DNA of 63,110 nt, filler included, from Pelomyxa schiedti (Eukaryota > Protista > Evosea): NCBI GenBank assembly GCA_020536535.1. It is 5 parts of 5 records of this genome, joined end to end, with 100 filler letters (N's around TTAATTAATTAA, not from the genome) between each part and the next. Parts side by side here need not be neighbours in the genome. Positions count along the whole stretch, not along the records: positions 23,188 to 39,656 come from JAHLWZ010000355.1; positions 39,757 to 41,788 come from JAHLWZ010002167.1; positions 41,889 to 61,162 come from JAHLWZ010001109.1; 2 more parts are not named here. One strand, written 5' to 3'. The notes under the pieces were generated by a model. That model made no database searches, was not told the origin of the DNA, and saw nothing but the letters and a program-made list of their open reading frames with translations. Shown one piece after another: positions 37,382 through 49,980 of this stretch. The translations under genes were made by a program, and so were the position numbers. Positions within the stretch are counted from its first letter, which is position 1; each line of letters begins with the position of its first letter.

Positions 37382-38176
37382 CTATTCAACAGGGCTGAGC
37401 ACATAGTCCCCGTTGCTATCAGTGCACTGGAGTTTCACTTTTACCCATGGCGGGATCAAATACTCGCGCTCCGAAGGGAACATACTCACATCACCAAGGT
37501 ACTTTTTAGGCACACCATCAAACCTGAGGATAACGGACCCAAACTGCTTTGCGACATCTCTTCGTGTCGAAGTGGCCGCAAAAGTTTTCATGGAGAAGGG
37601 TCTCTTCAGATTGGTAAAAATCTCCTCCAAGTGATCCTCATTGACGTTGATTCCCCTCCATGTGGAGGTTTTGATGTTGATCGGCTCGGTATTGCAGGCA
37701 TGAGCCAGAGCCGCAGTGATGTTGTCAACCCCCGTGGTAATGAGTGTGTCGTTTGGGGAATCAGATAGCATTGCGCTGTTGATTGTGTGGTACACAGAGT
37801 CAGTAGTCCACAACCACATGGCCATGGCTCTGGCACGGGCTCCATTGTCGACAATGTTGAGTATGGCTTGAGGTGTACTCAGACTTCTCGGACGTTGTTC
37901 CTCAACCTTCTCCCATGTTGGCAAATGTCGGTGTAGGATGTGTGGCAAATCTATGCTTGGAGTAGTAGTGAACAGAAATTCAGCTTCGGTGCCTGTAAAT
38001 CTTTGCCTGGTATCTGTCATTTCCGTAAATTTTTTTCGTTTTTTACCTTTGTCAAACACTCCAACATGAATATTAACCAACTTTTCTCTTTTTCTGGGGG
38101 CCCCAGAGACCGGGGTCCTCCTCTGGGTTGAAAAGTTGCATTTTTGTTCCACTAAAATTTGTTTTAATTGGACCAA
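37382..38176 (-). CDS. Mono-ADP-ribosyltransferase, R-S-E (ART/VIP2/C3-like) clade, intronless
   Basis: WTTDSVYHTINSAM helix, STWRG (R), FAATSTRRDVAKQF (S-T-S-like), SMFPSEREYLIPP (ExE). First in-frame ATG is at 38020. Confidence 0.85.
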   Translation of the reverse strand: MVQLKQILVEQKCNFSTQRRTPVSGAPRKREKLVNIHVGVFDKGKKRKKFTEMTDTRQRFTGTEAEFLFTTTPSIDLPHILHRHLPTWEKVEEQRPRSLSTPQAILNIVDNGARARAMAMWLWTTDSVYHTINSAMLSDSPNDTLITTGVDNITAALAHACNTEPINIKTSTWRGINVNEDHLEEIFTNLKRPFSMKTFAATSTRRDVAKQFGSVILRFDGVPKKYLGDVSMFPSEREYLIPPWVKVKLQCTDSNGDYVLSPVE

Positions 38177-38207
38177 ACTCTGGCTATTTATCGAATTTTA
38201 AGGGAAA

Positions 38208-38292
38208 TAACTCGAGTTATCTGGGGTAAACTCGATGTGAAAAACAGGACCCATTAGGCCAAAACTCGAGTTATCTGGGGTAAACTCGAGTT
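38208..38292. repeat. Short direct repeat aactcgagttatctggggtaaactcga (2 copies, palindromic arms)
   Basis: Seen directly upstream of the ART gene. Confidence 0.7.
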
Positions 38293-38720
38293 TTTGGGGG
38301 GTCATATTGAAATCGGTCTTTATAAACACAGCAGAAACAAGCGGGAAAAAACCATAAATATATTTTTTAACAAATCTCTGCCACAGGCACACAACAACAA
38401 AAAAAAAACCAGAAACGCAATGTGGCTGGCAATTGTGGCTGGTTCTCATCTTAGTGGCTGTCACTCACTCATCACCAAAATGTGGCTAATACTTGCCATT
38501 GGAATCAAAAGTGTGGAATTATAAAAGGCCTTTCTTGTTAAGAGACCCTCCGTGTATGATACATTATGAGAGGTATCGCACTTTCTATTTCACAAAACAA
38601 ACAATGAGCGCAGCACTGAGNNNNNNNNNNNNNNNNNNNNNNNNNNNNNNNNNNNNNNNNNNNNNNNNNNNNNNNNNNNNNNNNNNNNNNNNNNNNNNNN
38701 NNNNNNNNNNNNNNNNNNNN

Positions 38721-39656
38721 TACTGAGAATGTAATAGAGAGAGCTGTTTACTGCTTGAGCAAGCTCTAAATCTCCTGATACTTCAATACCAGATTCCCAG
38801 ACTTTACTCCAAGCCTTTTTATCTACAGGATTTAGTCATAATATTTTTGTCAAAGGAGGATACGATCGTTCAACAGGGAGTCCCTGTTTGTAACAGCAGC
38901 ATTGTAAATTTGGAAGGTGGTATCAAGTAAGATACTAGCATTCGTGTCAAGAGTAGTTCTAATGGCAGTAATGAAGTAAAATGTTGTCGAAGTATTCGCC
39001 TCAACATCTAAAGTGCTGGGCACATCTGTGTACAGAATAGAGACACCTGTAGTTTCACTATCTGTTTCCTCAGCAACCCGTGTGTAACCTGTTGCACACT
39101 TAGTATCAAGGTCAAACAAAGAAAAGGACCTTCTCGGAAAACTGTTCCCGTTGGAGGATTATCTACATCTTTGAATGCTATATCGGTGGAACCAAGGCCA
39201 GAGTTCAGCCAGAGGGTGAGTGTCGCACCTGAGGAAGAGGTATTGACCTCGATTTCGTGAACCATGAGCGCAGGTGTGTTATATGGAGCATACCACCGCT
39301 GCTCAACAGAAGCTCCTTGAACCTGGATTTCGAACTTGGTCAGAAGGTACAACAAATGGAGTGGTCAGATCTAAAGGAAACTCACTGTTGAACGCTTCAA
39401 GAAAACGGCACATTCTAAGTCCAAGGCATATATTGGGGAGTCAGCATTGGTGATGTGAATCGAAGAACTCGCGGGGATCCTGCGGGAGTTTGATTTGCTT
39501 CATAAATACCAGTGCGAAGTACGGACCTAGCTCTATGTGAAGGAGCAGTGGTAGCCTTCCCGTTGTAAACACCAGACACATAAGTTGTTTCAGAATGCAC
39601 AAAAGTGGCCAGATAGCCTAGCATGGGGGAAAAAAGGGGAGTAAGCTCAGCTCTAG
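38721..39656 (-). other. Near-identical partial duplicate of the GH65 gene (29237-30172), bounded by gaps; likely allelic haplotig
   Basis: Colinear including introns, with scattered SNPs and a 1-bp intronic indel; N gaps on both sides. Confidence 0.85.
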
Positions 39657-39756
39657 NNNNNNNNNNNNNNNNNNNNNNNNNNNNNNNNNNNNNNNNNNNN
39701 TTAATTAATTAANNNNNNNNNNNNNNNNNNNNNNNNNNNNNNNNNNNNNNNNNNNN

Positions 39757-40678
39757 TGTCTTGTTGATGGGTGTATTGGAAAATATTTTTTCGACACTGT
39801 AACAGTACTGGGCAAAGATCTTCGAGAGATCAGCCTTGTGAAAAAAAAAACAAGGTTACCACAGTCTCAAAAAAAAGTAACCCTTTTACCTTCTCCCAGT
39901 TGAATTTTGGGTGAGATAGAAACAGGCCTGCCATATCCTCACCGGCAATTTGGGAGTAAATGAATGGATGAGTTTCCTCACCCTCTATTCCATTTGGATC
40001 AGCCCCAGCCTTGAAAAGCAACTGCATCACCTCAGCCGCCTGAAAGTTGTAAAAAATCTATAGCACATGTGTGGGGGGCAATACCTCCCTCTCACGATGG
40101 AATGCCGCAAGAGACGTTATGGATTTGCCCTCGTACAAACAAGAAAATGTTTCAGTGATCCCTTGTGACCAAAATTAGTTCAATGAGTAATTACCCAACC
40201 AACTACAACAGATAGGACATATAGATAGTTACATAGTTTAGTTGTGAACATAGTTTCTGTTTTTTGTATTTTTACGAGCTGCAAAAAAGCAGCATTTAGC
40301 TCAACACAACACTCCACACAATAAAAAGCAAATCGAAGTAAGTTGCACAACAACAAACAATACCGGGTAAATTCAGCAGAATCCGAACACAGGGAACCCA
40401 CGGGGGCCGAGGCGCAAAAGAACCATAGAGGCTGGCGTACTTGGGCGGCCTCACACGAGGTCTGCCGTGGGCCAGTGCCCGGTGCAAAATCATTCTGTCG
40501 CGGTCGTAGGACACGCGGGCCAGCTGCTCCACTCCCACGACGTCTCCCCGCTTCATGCACTTCATAAACTCCCCGATGGCCCCGTTTTTTCCTGTTGTAG
40601 CAGCAGAAGCGGCAGTGTTGGTGGTGGTGGCATCACCGGTGAGAGAATTTGATGGTGGCCTTGTTGCTTCTGTCATGA
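39757..40678 (-). CDS. Ankyrin-repeat protein, 3' end truncated by a gap
   Basis: KRGDVVGVEQL and EVMQLLFKAGADPNG ankyrin-like motifs; multi-exon. Confidence 0.6.
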
Positions 40679-40962
40679 TGGTTGTTGAACAGTTTTTCGA
40701 GTTTATCAAAAAAACGGACTTGTTCTCCTTGTTGTTCATTCTCGTGAATGGCCCGAAATAGCTTGTTCCAAATTGCTGTCACTCCGCGGAGTCCAATTTC
40801 TATTTCTACCAGAAAAAGAAATTGGACAAAAGAAGGGTGCAGTTAAATTAATTCAACTTGTTTAAGCCCAAGTATTGGTCATCTACCGTTTGTTAACCAA
40901 GCACCATTAAGTACTTGAAATAACAACCCTGGTTTTTGTGTTTGAGTCTGGCACTTTTTTTT

Positions 40963-41788
40963 TTACCACAGGAAGGACCACATTGCATTCAGATGAAAGT
41001 GAGGGAGGAGCCCAATGGAAGCAACACAGAAGCCTGAGGTTCCTTCCACAACTTGCAGTTGGTGGTGAACATCAATGAAGAGAATCAACCCACCTCCAGC
41101 AAGCACTGGCAACGTTGTTGTTGGTGTGAATTTCCTCAGTGGTGAGTGTCGAGTGAAACTTGCAGTGCAGCTGCAGTCCCAGATTTCCATACCTCCGTGT
41201 AAATCAGAAAGTGTGAAAAGAGAGCTGCTGAGTTGACCAAAGAGCGGCTCCTCTGCACGCCACCAACCTCGGTATTCACGCCTGAGCTCAGAAATCATTC
41301 CATTCGATTCAACAGCCAGCACAATGTGCGCTACGTTCCCGTCAATGTCTTGTGCGCTTGTCTCAACGATGTACACATTCTGGTCTGCTTGGTTCTTCAT
41401 CAGATAGATAGCTTTCACAGAGTTCCTTTGTGAAAACGCACACTGAGTGGAACTCACAATCTGCAGAACCTTTGTTTCATAGCTGCTGGTGATGTCCACA
41501 ACAGCCAACAAGCTGCTGCAACTGTGGCTGTTATCCGTGGTCATAAGCATCACCACTTGTGATGAACACATTTTGTTGAAGTTCAATGACTCGGTGATGT
41601 GGTAGTTCTCAGGAAGGGGCACGTGCACCACAGAACCTTCTTCATTTTGCACCTCAGTCACAACAATAGCCTTCCCATCCACACTCGGCTGCACCAACCA
41701 CGTTCCATTAATGCACCACGTAGTTCTGTAATGGGTCTCTACCTCCAGGCGTGTCTCCTTGCCACTCACCACATTCTTCAGGATGTGC
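40963..41788 (-). CDS. Hypothetical beta-strand-rich protein, 5' end truncated by a gap
   Basis: Open frame of about 270 codons running from the gap; no known motif. Confidence 0.55.
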
Positions 41789-42147
41789 NNNNNNNNNNNN
41801 NNNNNNNNNNNNNNNNNNNNNNNNNNNNNNNNTTAATTAATTAANNNNNNNNNNNNNNNNNNNNNNNNNNNNNNNNNNNNNNNNNNNNCCTGAATGCTGT
41901 GATTTCAAATCACGTAGGTTCGTGCCCTCACTTGAGAATAGAATTGGTTACTTTCACTATCTGGCTCGACAAGCAACCAATTCTGTTCTCACGCCTTGAG
42001 ACTTAAAAGTCAATTTTAGGTTTAAGGTCGACACAATTCCCCTATGTAACCGCGGGAACACGAAAACAAAATTCTAAAAGAAAAAAAAGTTTTATTTCTT
42101 TACACTCTAGTGTAGTAGGAGAAGAGTACCACGATTTTTCACTCGCA

Positions 42148-44204
42148 TCACTGGCGCCTTATTCCCAGAACAAAAGAGAGAACCTCCACCAAGAGATAGG
42201 AAGGTAGTGCATTCCAGATACTAAGGTGACCACACCTCTTTTGCGTTACAAGTGCGAAGCACCTGCAACTCTCGTAACCAACCAGGCTCTGTGTTTGTGT
42301 TATGTGGAAATGACAAGAAATTATTATGTAATTGCCAATAGAGTACATACTATGAGTTTGTTCCGCATTGCAGGATTGAGGCCTTTTTGAGTCTCAAAGT
42401 GGGCCATTTGAAGGAGTGCCCCATTTTTCACGAGTACATCGGCACATTCACAATGGATACACCCCACGCCGGATGACAAGAGACTGCAAGTCTTCACACA
42501 ATCAGTGATAGTACACAAGAGAGCTTCTGTACGTTTGTTAGCCCCGTTTTTCAGTAGAACCTGCATTGTGGGAATGTGGCCGCTCTTTACACTGTGAAGC
42601 AATAAGCCCCCCGGAAGCCTGGTGTATTCCGCATTGATGGTATCGGGCCTCAGCTTCAGGACTCTTTCAAAAAGAGTTATTGTGTCGGGAGTATTGGCCA
42701 AGAAGTTGAGCCACTTCTCAAATACAGGAAGGAACCAGTCTTCATCAGAATTACTTGGTGATGGAATTCTGACTCCATGATCCAGTAGGAAATGGCAAAT
42801 ATGGGGCCTGTTGAAGCGGAGGGCCAATTCTAGAGGGTAACTCGGTGCACAGAAAGGTGTTGGTACCTTGGTGTTGAGGTCCATTCCAGATTTAATAAGG
42901 TACTCGATGATAGAGTCTTTGGCACCAAATACTATCGCCGCGGGAAATGCTTCTCGGTGAATGTACCCAAGGGACTTGTGAAGCAACTCTACGTGTTCTA
43001 ACTCAGACTGCTTCATCAATATTATGAAGTGTTCAGGTCCGATTGAAATCTGGTGTTCGAGAAGCAGGTTTACTATAACAGAGCTCTTTGCTGTGAGGGC
43101 TGCTGCTAAGGGGGAAACCAGTTCTTGATTACAGGTTGATTGACAAATACGATCACTAATATCAAGCCCATTTTTGATAATAAGGTCTATCATGTTCCGT
43201 GCGAGGTCGGGGTCTCTTACTTGGCCACTGAAAATCCAGTAATATCCATTCCTTGCCCCTTCAGAATCCTTTCGTGCACCAGAAGAAAAAATCAGCTGCA
43301 AACAGTCAATTGTTGTGCACTTACAAGCAGTGTTGAAGGATTTCCCATTAGGATCAATTTCAGTAATTGAGCGGTTCCCCATCCACTCCAAAACCCTGAG
43401 AACTACTTTTACATCTCCTGATTCTACAGCACTTGCAAGAGTACTATCTAGATACCCATTGGTGATGTAGTATTGAGAATCGTGGCTAATCTTGTAATCA
43501 TAGTAAAAACGATGACAAGAGAGGTCTCCTAGTGAAAGAAGCTTCAATTCTATTGAGTGGGAATAGGTTGAGTGTTCCATGGTCCAATGGATAATCTGTT
43601 CTGCCGTTGTAGAATCCCCATTCTCGGTCAAATACAACGCAACACAAGCCAATTTTTCAGTGACACCTTGCGGAACGGGGCGCGTGATATAAGGTGGCAT
43701 TAATGACAAAAGGCAATGCAAGCACCAACTGAAACCCTCTAGGGCGGTGCCGAAAAATGACTGCATATCTTCTCTCTGTAAAGAGACTTTTGAATAGCCA
43801 TAAAAGCGTTTCAAAATAGCAGCAAGCAACCAGGAGCTTTCACACGGAGGATTGGGAATATGTGAAACTGCTTCGTCGCTGCTACTACTGGTAGTAGTAG
43901 CACTGATTCCCATAGCTGAAGCAGCCTCAGCCTCGTTTTTACAGCAACTTTCGTGTTTGGATGTCGACTTGGGGAAAACCGAGGTGGAATCGTTCTTCAG
44001 AGGCACAAACCTCCTGGAACAAGTGACACGGTGTGTACATCTTTCAAGCAAGTAGGTACAAATGAAATATACACCATCCTCTTCCTCATTGATACCCATG
44101 CCAACAATGAGCCTGTGTGCCGTTGCAAAATCGCCTCGTTCACATGCCTTCTTGATAGTAGTCTTTTTTGTTGTTGTTGTTGTTTTTATATGAATTTTAG
44201 GCAT
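42148..44204 (-). CDS. Ankyrin-repeat protein with C-terminal F-box/PRANC-like tail
   Basis: ACERGD, AVESGDVKVV, PLAAAL, PLELALRFNRPHICHFLLDHG, LLHSVKSGHIPTMQVLLKNGA. The last exon ends IWNALPSYLLVEVLSFVLG. Confidence 0.8.
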
Positions 44205-44545
44205 GGTATTCCAAGTAGAAAGGTCAAAGTCTCCTAACCTGTTCTTCTCTTCGTTTAGTACGTCTGCTTCCACCCCACCACATGGCAGTAATAGGTTGTG
44301 GTTTTTTTTCTTAATTTGCTCCAAGTTTCCTAAAAAGCTTCTGTGGTGCTGCTATGGAACTATGAGAACATCCAAACTTACACTCCCAGAACTGCGGGCA
44401 TCGGGGTTCAAGACATACTTGGACTCGCGGAGCCTTCAGAGTTACATAGTTTTAACCTACAAACCCGATTTGCTTTTTTTTTTTTTTAAAAAAGGTTCCA
44501 ATGATTTTGTACTATGCACAAAGTGTGGGTGGTGTGGTTCAATCA

Positions 44546-47500
44546 CTAGCTTTTGTCAGACCCATTTTCATCCCAGTCACTGTAGCTTCTTTGCTGGTTC
44601 CCATGATCACCCCCTCCATCATCATGGAACTCATCCCCCATTCCTCCCCCCATGCTGGTGTGTGTATGTGACTGGCTCACAGTGTACGATCCCAGTCCCA
44701 GTCCATCCCCATCCCCTCCCCCATCCCCATCCACTTCCCCTTCCCCTTCCCCTTCTTCACCTGAAAAGTTCCCCTTATTGTTGTCCTCCCCTGACCTTGA
44801 GAATGACCCATCGAATCCTAGGTCCCCTCCTCCCGGATTGTGTGACCCTCCTCCACCCGATGCATCCCCTCCTCCATCCCCCGCACCTTCCCCATCCCCT
44901 TCGCCATCACCATCACCATGTCCCAGGCCGGACAGTGAAAGGCCAGCTTCTGCATTTGCCACGCCAGATAGCGACCCGGCTCCGGAATGTGAATGTGACT
45001 GTGAGCGTGACCGTGAGTGTGACATTGACCTGGCTTGCTGATCGCCGGTCATACTCAGCCCGCCGCCAATGAAGTTATCACCGCTGTCACCAAAGAGGCC
45101 GGGATCCCCGCTGCCGGTTGCTGCTAGTAATGCATTCACATTGTCAGAGTCATACTCGCTCAGGCCCATGTTGCTGTCACTGACATCGCTGGTGGCCTTG
45201 GTTTTGGTTTTGGTGGTGGGGAACAGCGGGGAGAGCGTGTCTGACTTGTGGATGAGTGGGGCCAGCTTCATTGTGGAATTCGAGGGGAGGGTTGGGGTGT
45301 TTTGTTTGGGTGGTCTCCGTTGCTTTGGCTTGGCAGTACTTGGCTGTGATGACTTGAGGTTGGCTGGTAGGTCTCTGCGTTTCCTATGCAGACTAGAAGA
45401 CTCCTTGTTGCTGAAGTTCACAGCTATCTGCAGGCTTGAGCCCACACCGGAACCAGCACTACCAACAGAGCTATGCGCATCAGTCAGGCCGGGATTGGCT
45501 CTCCCGGACTGCAAAGATGGTTTTCCTAGTCTGGCGGTATCACTGCGCTGCTGTGACTGCCTACTGCTGCCACTGACATTGCCGAGAATGCTTTTCCCAA
45601 GCACCATAGGGATAGAGTTCTCTCCTGATCCTGACATATCGGGAGGAGGTTTTGCGGTAGTGACTGTTGTTGGTAAATTATGTGCACTGTGTGCTGCATC
45701 GGTATGTGTGCTGTGGCCCGCACTGGCTCGATTTGAGCGGCTCTTTGAAGTGCTGGTGTTGGCACTGTGCCCAGCACTACCATGTGCATGATGGGGCCGC
45801 CCAGGGCTGCTAATGGATGGCAACACGTTCAAGGCTGTTTTCGGTGTGTTAGACACGTGCGCGTTTGCCGCTTTGGCACTTGAACTGCCTTCAGCACTGG
45901 TAACACCAAGCCGGTTCTTGGTATCTTTTCCGCCGGAGCCAAGTAAATTCATTGCCAGCTTTGCAATATTATCCGACGTGGGTATTGCTTTATCACTATG
46001 TTCAGGGTTATTTGCTGCTTTGTCAGGTCCAGTTTCAGAACTGCTTCCTCCTTTGTTTGCATCAATTCGGGGCTCTGTGGACGCTTCCTTGGGAAGGTTG
46101 GACAGTTCAAGGGAAGCTTGCGCAACTGTCGTCAAAGTGGGTGCCAGGGGTGTTTTCTCTCTTTGAGGTTGTGGAATGGAGGGTTCTTGTTGTTCTGTTT
46201 CCTTCTCCTTTTTGGATTTTGGAACAAGTCCGTCTGTTACTCTCGGTTTGTCATCGGTCAGGGAGAGCTTCTTTTGTTCATTTCCCTTTGCACTTGCTAT
46301 CTTGAGAGCACTAAATGGGACAGGGAAAATATGTGTGAGGTCATACTCTATCTTCTGCATCTCTGTTAGATTCGGGGGGCGATTTGTCAACAGATTCCGT
46401 AGTTCGCCTCTGTGATATGTCAAAGTCAATTGGTACAAGGGAAAAGTACCATGGAAGAAACTGTTGAACTCGCCTTCTTGCTGTTCAGGAGGGTGAAATT
46501 TTGTTCCAACTAACGAGTGGAGTGAATACCTTGAAAAACCAGGTTGAAGAGCACTTGAAGGTGTCCTCTCACCACCCAACTCTTCGGTGTTCCTCCTAAT
46601 TCCCACGTCGGGTGCTCTGCTTTTTTCTTCCAGTACTGTCACCCTTTCGTCCAACTACAACGAAATAAATAACAGTAAAATATGGGAGACTCCCACCTTG
46701 GATAGAACTTGTTTCAGCTCTTTGTAATCGGTACTTTCTTTTGACTTCAAAGCTTCAAGTTGGATACTGAATGAGGAAAACTGAACATAATCAAACTGGA
46801 AAACAGGGTATAAAGAAATGAACCTCTTCCATTGAGACTCCTCCTGCTTTGGCGCTCGCGTCACCTTTGCCACTTGACCTTATTTGTGCAATACTCCTGT
46901 TTTGTTGTACGTTTGGCTTTTCCTTCATCAGTTTCATGGGGAACATTACTTGATAACTGAATTCAAAGTTTGTTCTAGAGAGTCGGTTCTTTCGTTCACA
47001 ACCTCAATTCCTGACTGAACTTTTAAGCTGGCTTGTGAGGCAGTCAATGTTTTTTTTTTCAATTGTTCTATCTCACTATAATATGGTTCTGAATGGACCA
47101 AAAGTAACAGAAAAGGTACCTTGCCAGTGCAGTTACCACCTCCTCTTGGGATGAAAGAGTGTTTTGAATACGTGCAATTTCAGGTGTTCCCTTTGGGGAG
47201 TTGCCCACACTACAGCACATTATAAGCGGGAGAAAAAAAAAGAGTTTCCTAACCGAGATAAAAGGTTGGTTGCAGAATCCAATGCCTCTCGCAGCTGTTC
47301 AATTTCACTTTTTGCTGATGCAATTTCAGTCTTTCAGGTGAAAAACAAAAGAACTACATTAGAAGGAGAGAGGACCATGAAGGACACCACCTCATGTCTA
47401 TTAAGGTCCAGAGTTTTTTTGTCCATCTTCTTTTGTGAGGTTTTCATTTCTTCGAATTGAAGAAGTGTCTGCTGATTGGCTTCAGTGGTATCCTTGTTTG

Positions 47501-49783
47501 ATAGTAAAAAAAAATAATTTTTAACTTGGATACTTGTTCTAGCTGGGAAAATCTGGACTTAAGGGATTCCAATCCTTGCATTACTTTGGACACGCTACCA
47601 TTAACCTGACAGAGTGGTAAATAAAAGGCTGTGATGGGAAGAAATGAAACGAAAAGTACTTCTTCTAGTCGGTTGGATATCTGGGCCTCAACCGGTTCAG
47701 TATTTGTTGGAACTTTATCTGCCCTGACAAGTAAAGATAATTAGAAGTAGAAATTGTTTTAGCATAGAAGGCAGTACTTGCTGGCCATTGCCTCACGCAC
47801 GAATTTTTCTAGGCGTTCTTGAATAGTTCTAGTATTATCAACTTTCAACTCGACTTCATGAATTGCAGAAACAGGGGCAGAATCCCTTTTAATTGCCTCG
47901 ATGTCTGAAGTGTGTCTGGGAAAACAATTGTTTACCTTGAAGAGTGTTTCCGTGAGAACTGTACCTTGCGAGAAGCGTTTCGTTCGACGTCTGCTTAGCC
48001 TGCAACTGCCAAACATCATTTTTCGTGCAACTGTCACGTTTGAGACCTTCTAGATCCAAGGTTAACCTGGAAAATGGTGTGGGACAGAATGCAAGTAGAT
48101 GCCAAGAAACCTGGTCAATTCTTGCATGAGTCGATTTTCCACAGTCGTAACTCTTTTATCACAGTTGGAAACAGATTCGGCTCTTTCCTGTTGCAGTTTT
48201 TTTAATGTTTCAGAGACATTTTCAGCAAGTTTTTTGAAATTGTCTTCATGTGACGATTGAAACTGCCAATAACATGGTTATAAAAGGGAAAGTTACCTTG
48301 AACCACCATACCTGTGCATAACTTAAAGTATTTTGAGTAATAGCGTCCAGCTTAGAGGACACCAATTCTACCTGCTTCCTGCAGCAGCATTAACAGGAAG
48401 AGAGAAAGCATAGAACTCACTTATTTGCAGATAACTCTTGTTCCAAACGTGAGGCGTACTGTGAGGTGTCATTTACATTTCCTGAGAGTTCTGCAATTTG
48501 ATCAATGACAGATGAAACTTTTTCCTCAGGTTTAAAAGCACAAATGTTTGCCACTTCTTCCCTGAGTTGGCTCACCTATAGCGTACACGTACACACTTGT
48601 TAAATGAAGAATAGAGGTTGCATAGGATACCTGTTTGGTCACCTCTTCAAGGGATGAAGATACTTGTAGGTGCAAAGAACCAATTGAATCTCTCACGCGT
48701 GCATCCATTGTTGCCAATATTGCCCTATGATCACCATCAAGTTGCCTTTGTAGAAGGGTTATAAAAGCATTAAAACACAATCAAGAGAGACCTGACTTGC
48801 ATCTGAGCAGCGTTCATCAAAAATTTCTGAACTGCAGACCCCGCATCTCTCTGCAGTTGCGTTGATGCTCCCCCGGTGTGCTTTGGCGTTATCCCAACAC
48901 GCAGAAGATATGCGTTTGTAACGGTAGCAACAGTCTCTTCCAGTAGCATCGTATTCTTTTGAGGAGGGATAAGGTTTAGGAAGACCATGTAAGTTTCGAG
49001 TTGGAACCTGTGAAACAAGAGCATTTTGTTGTTCCTTGATGGCATGCATCTTGAGGGGGTAAGCATGTTACTAAGAGAGGGGCCCTAACGAACTTGTGAT
49101 CTTATGGATCCAAATTCTCGAACGACTGTACCCATGCCATTTTGCAACAGGGAAATACTTTTTTTCAGTATTGCTATCTCACTGCAAATCTCACTATGGC
49201 GGGAATGTTAACTGAAAATATCACTAAACTGAGGGGAATTGGTACGAGAAATGATCCAAGCTAGGTCCCTTTGTCAAAAAGAAAACAACGTTAGTCTCTT
49301 TATGATTCCCATAACAATACACCGGAAACGAGAAAGCACTTTGCAAACCAAAAGCCCAACAACGAACTGCCAAACCTGGTAATCGCCACCGACTGAGGGA
49401 TGAGTCCCATAATACGCATTCCAGGGCCCTCCCCACCGCTCACCTCCACCGTCCCCGCCCCCCTGCATCACGCCCCCACCATCTCCCCCCCCTCCTCCTC
49501 CTCCCATAATCGGGGTCATCTGGTGCCGCGACCCACCGCCGCCGCCGTTGCCAACGACGTTGGCGTTGATGTAGGGCGTGTTGGTGCCGCTGCCACCCCG
49601 AATCAGCGGGGGCGACGACGACGTAGGGGGCGTGGTGGCAGGCGAGGTGGGGGTAGAGGCGGAGACCACGCGCGACATGTTGCGGCGCGTGGCGGAGATG
49701 GTGTCGCCGAGGTGGGCGCGCCAGTCCATGGCGCCCACCGACGACGACCCCCCGTTGTTGGCCCCGGGGTACCCGCTGTGCAT
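44546..49783 (-). CDS. Large coiled-coil, low-complexity hypothetical protein (many exons)
   Basis: Gly/Ser-rich first exon from ATG 49783, a series of heptad-rich exons, and a 702-codon Ser/Gly/Asp-rich last exon. Confidence 0.6.
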
Positions 49784-49980
49784 GCGTGTTGTGTATCGTT
49801 ACGTTGCGTTGGTCTCTGGTGCGTTTGCTGCGAAAATTGCTATTACGCCGAAACTTCGGTGGCTTGAATTCCGGGTAGGTGATGTTTGCTTGTTGTTGGA
49901 CTATGATGATGTTACGTGTGGTTTCAGGGTCATGGATATTGTGGTTGCTACACATCAATGTCGGCTGCACAATGGGGGAG

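Noticed and set aside
38721-39656. Apparent second GH65 gene or transposon cargo
   Set aside because: Partial, nearly identical including introns, and flanked by gaps; best explained as an allelic haplotig.
44203-46415. Long plus-strand ORFs opposite the 702-aa exon, and similar antisense ORFs over GC-rich exons (e.g. 37115-37768, 49400-50000)
   Set aside because: Shadow frames of low-complexity coding sequence with no motifs.
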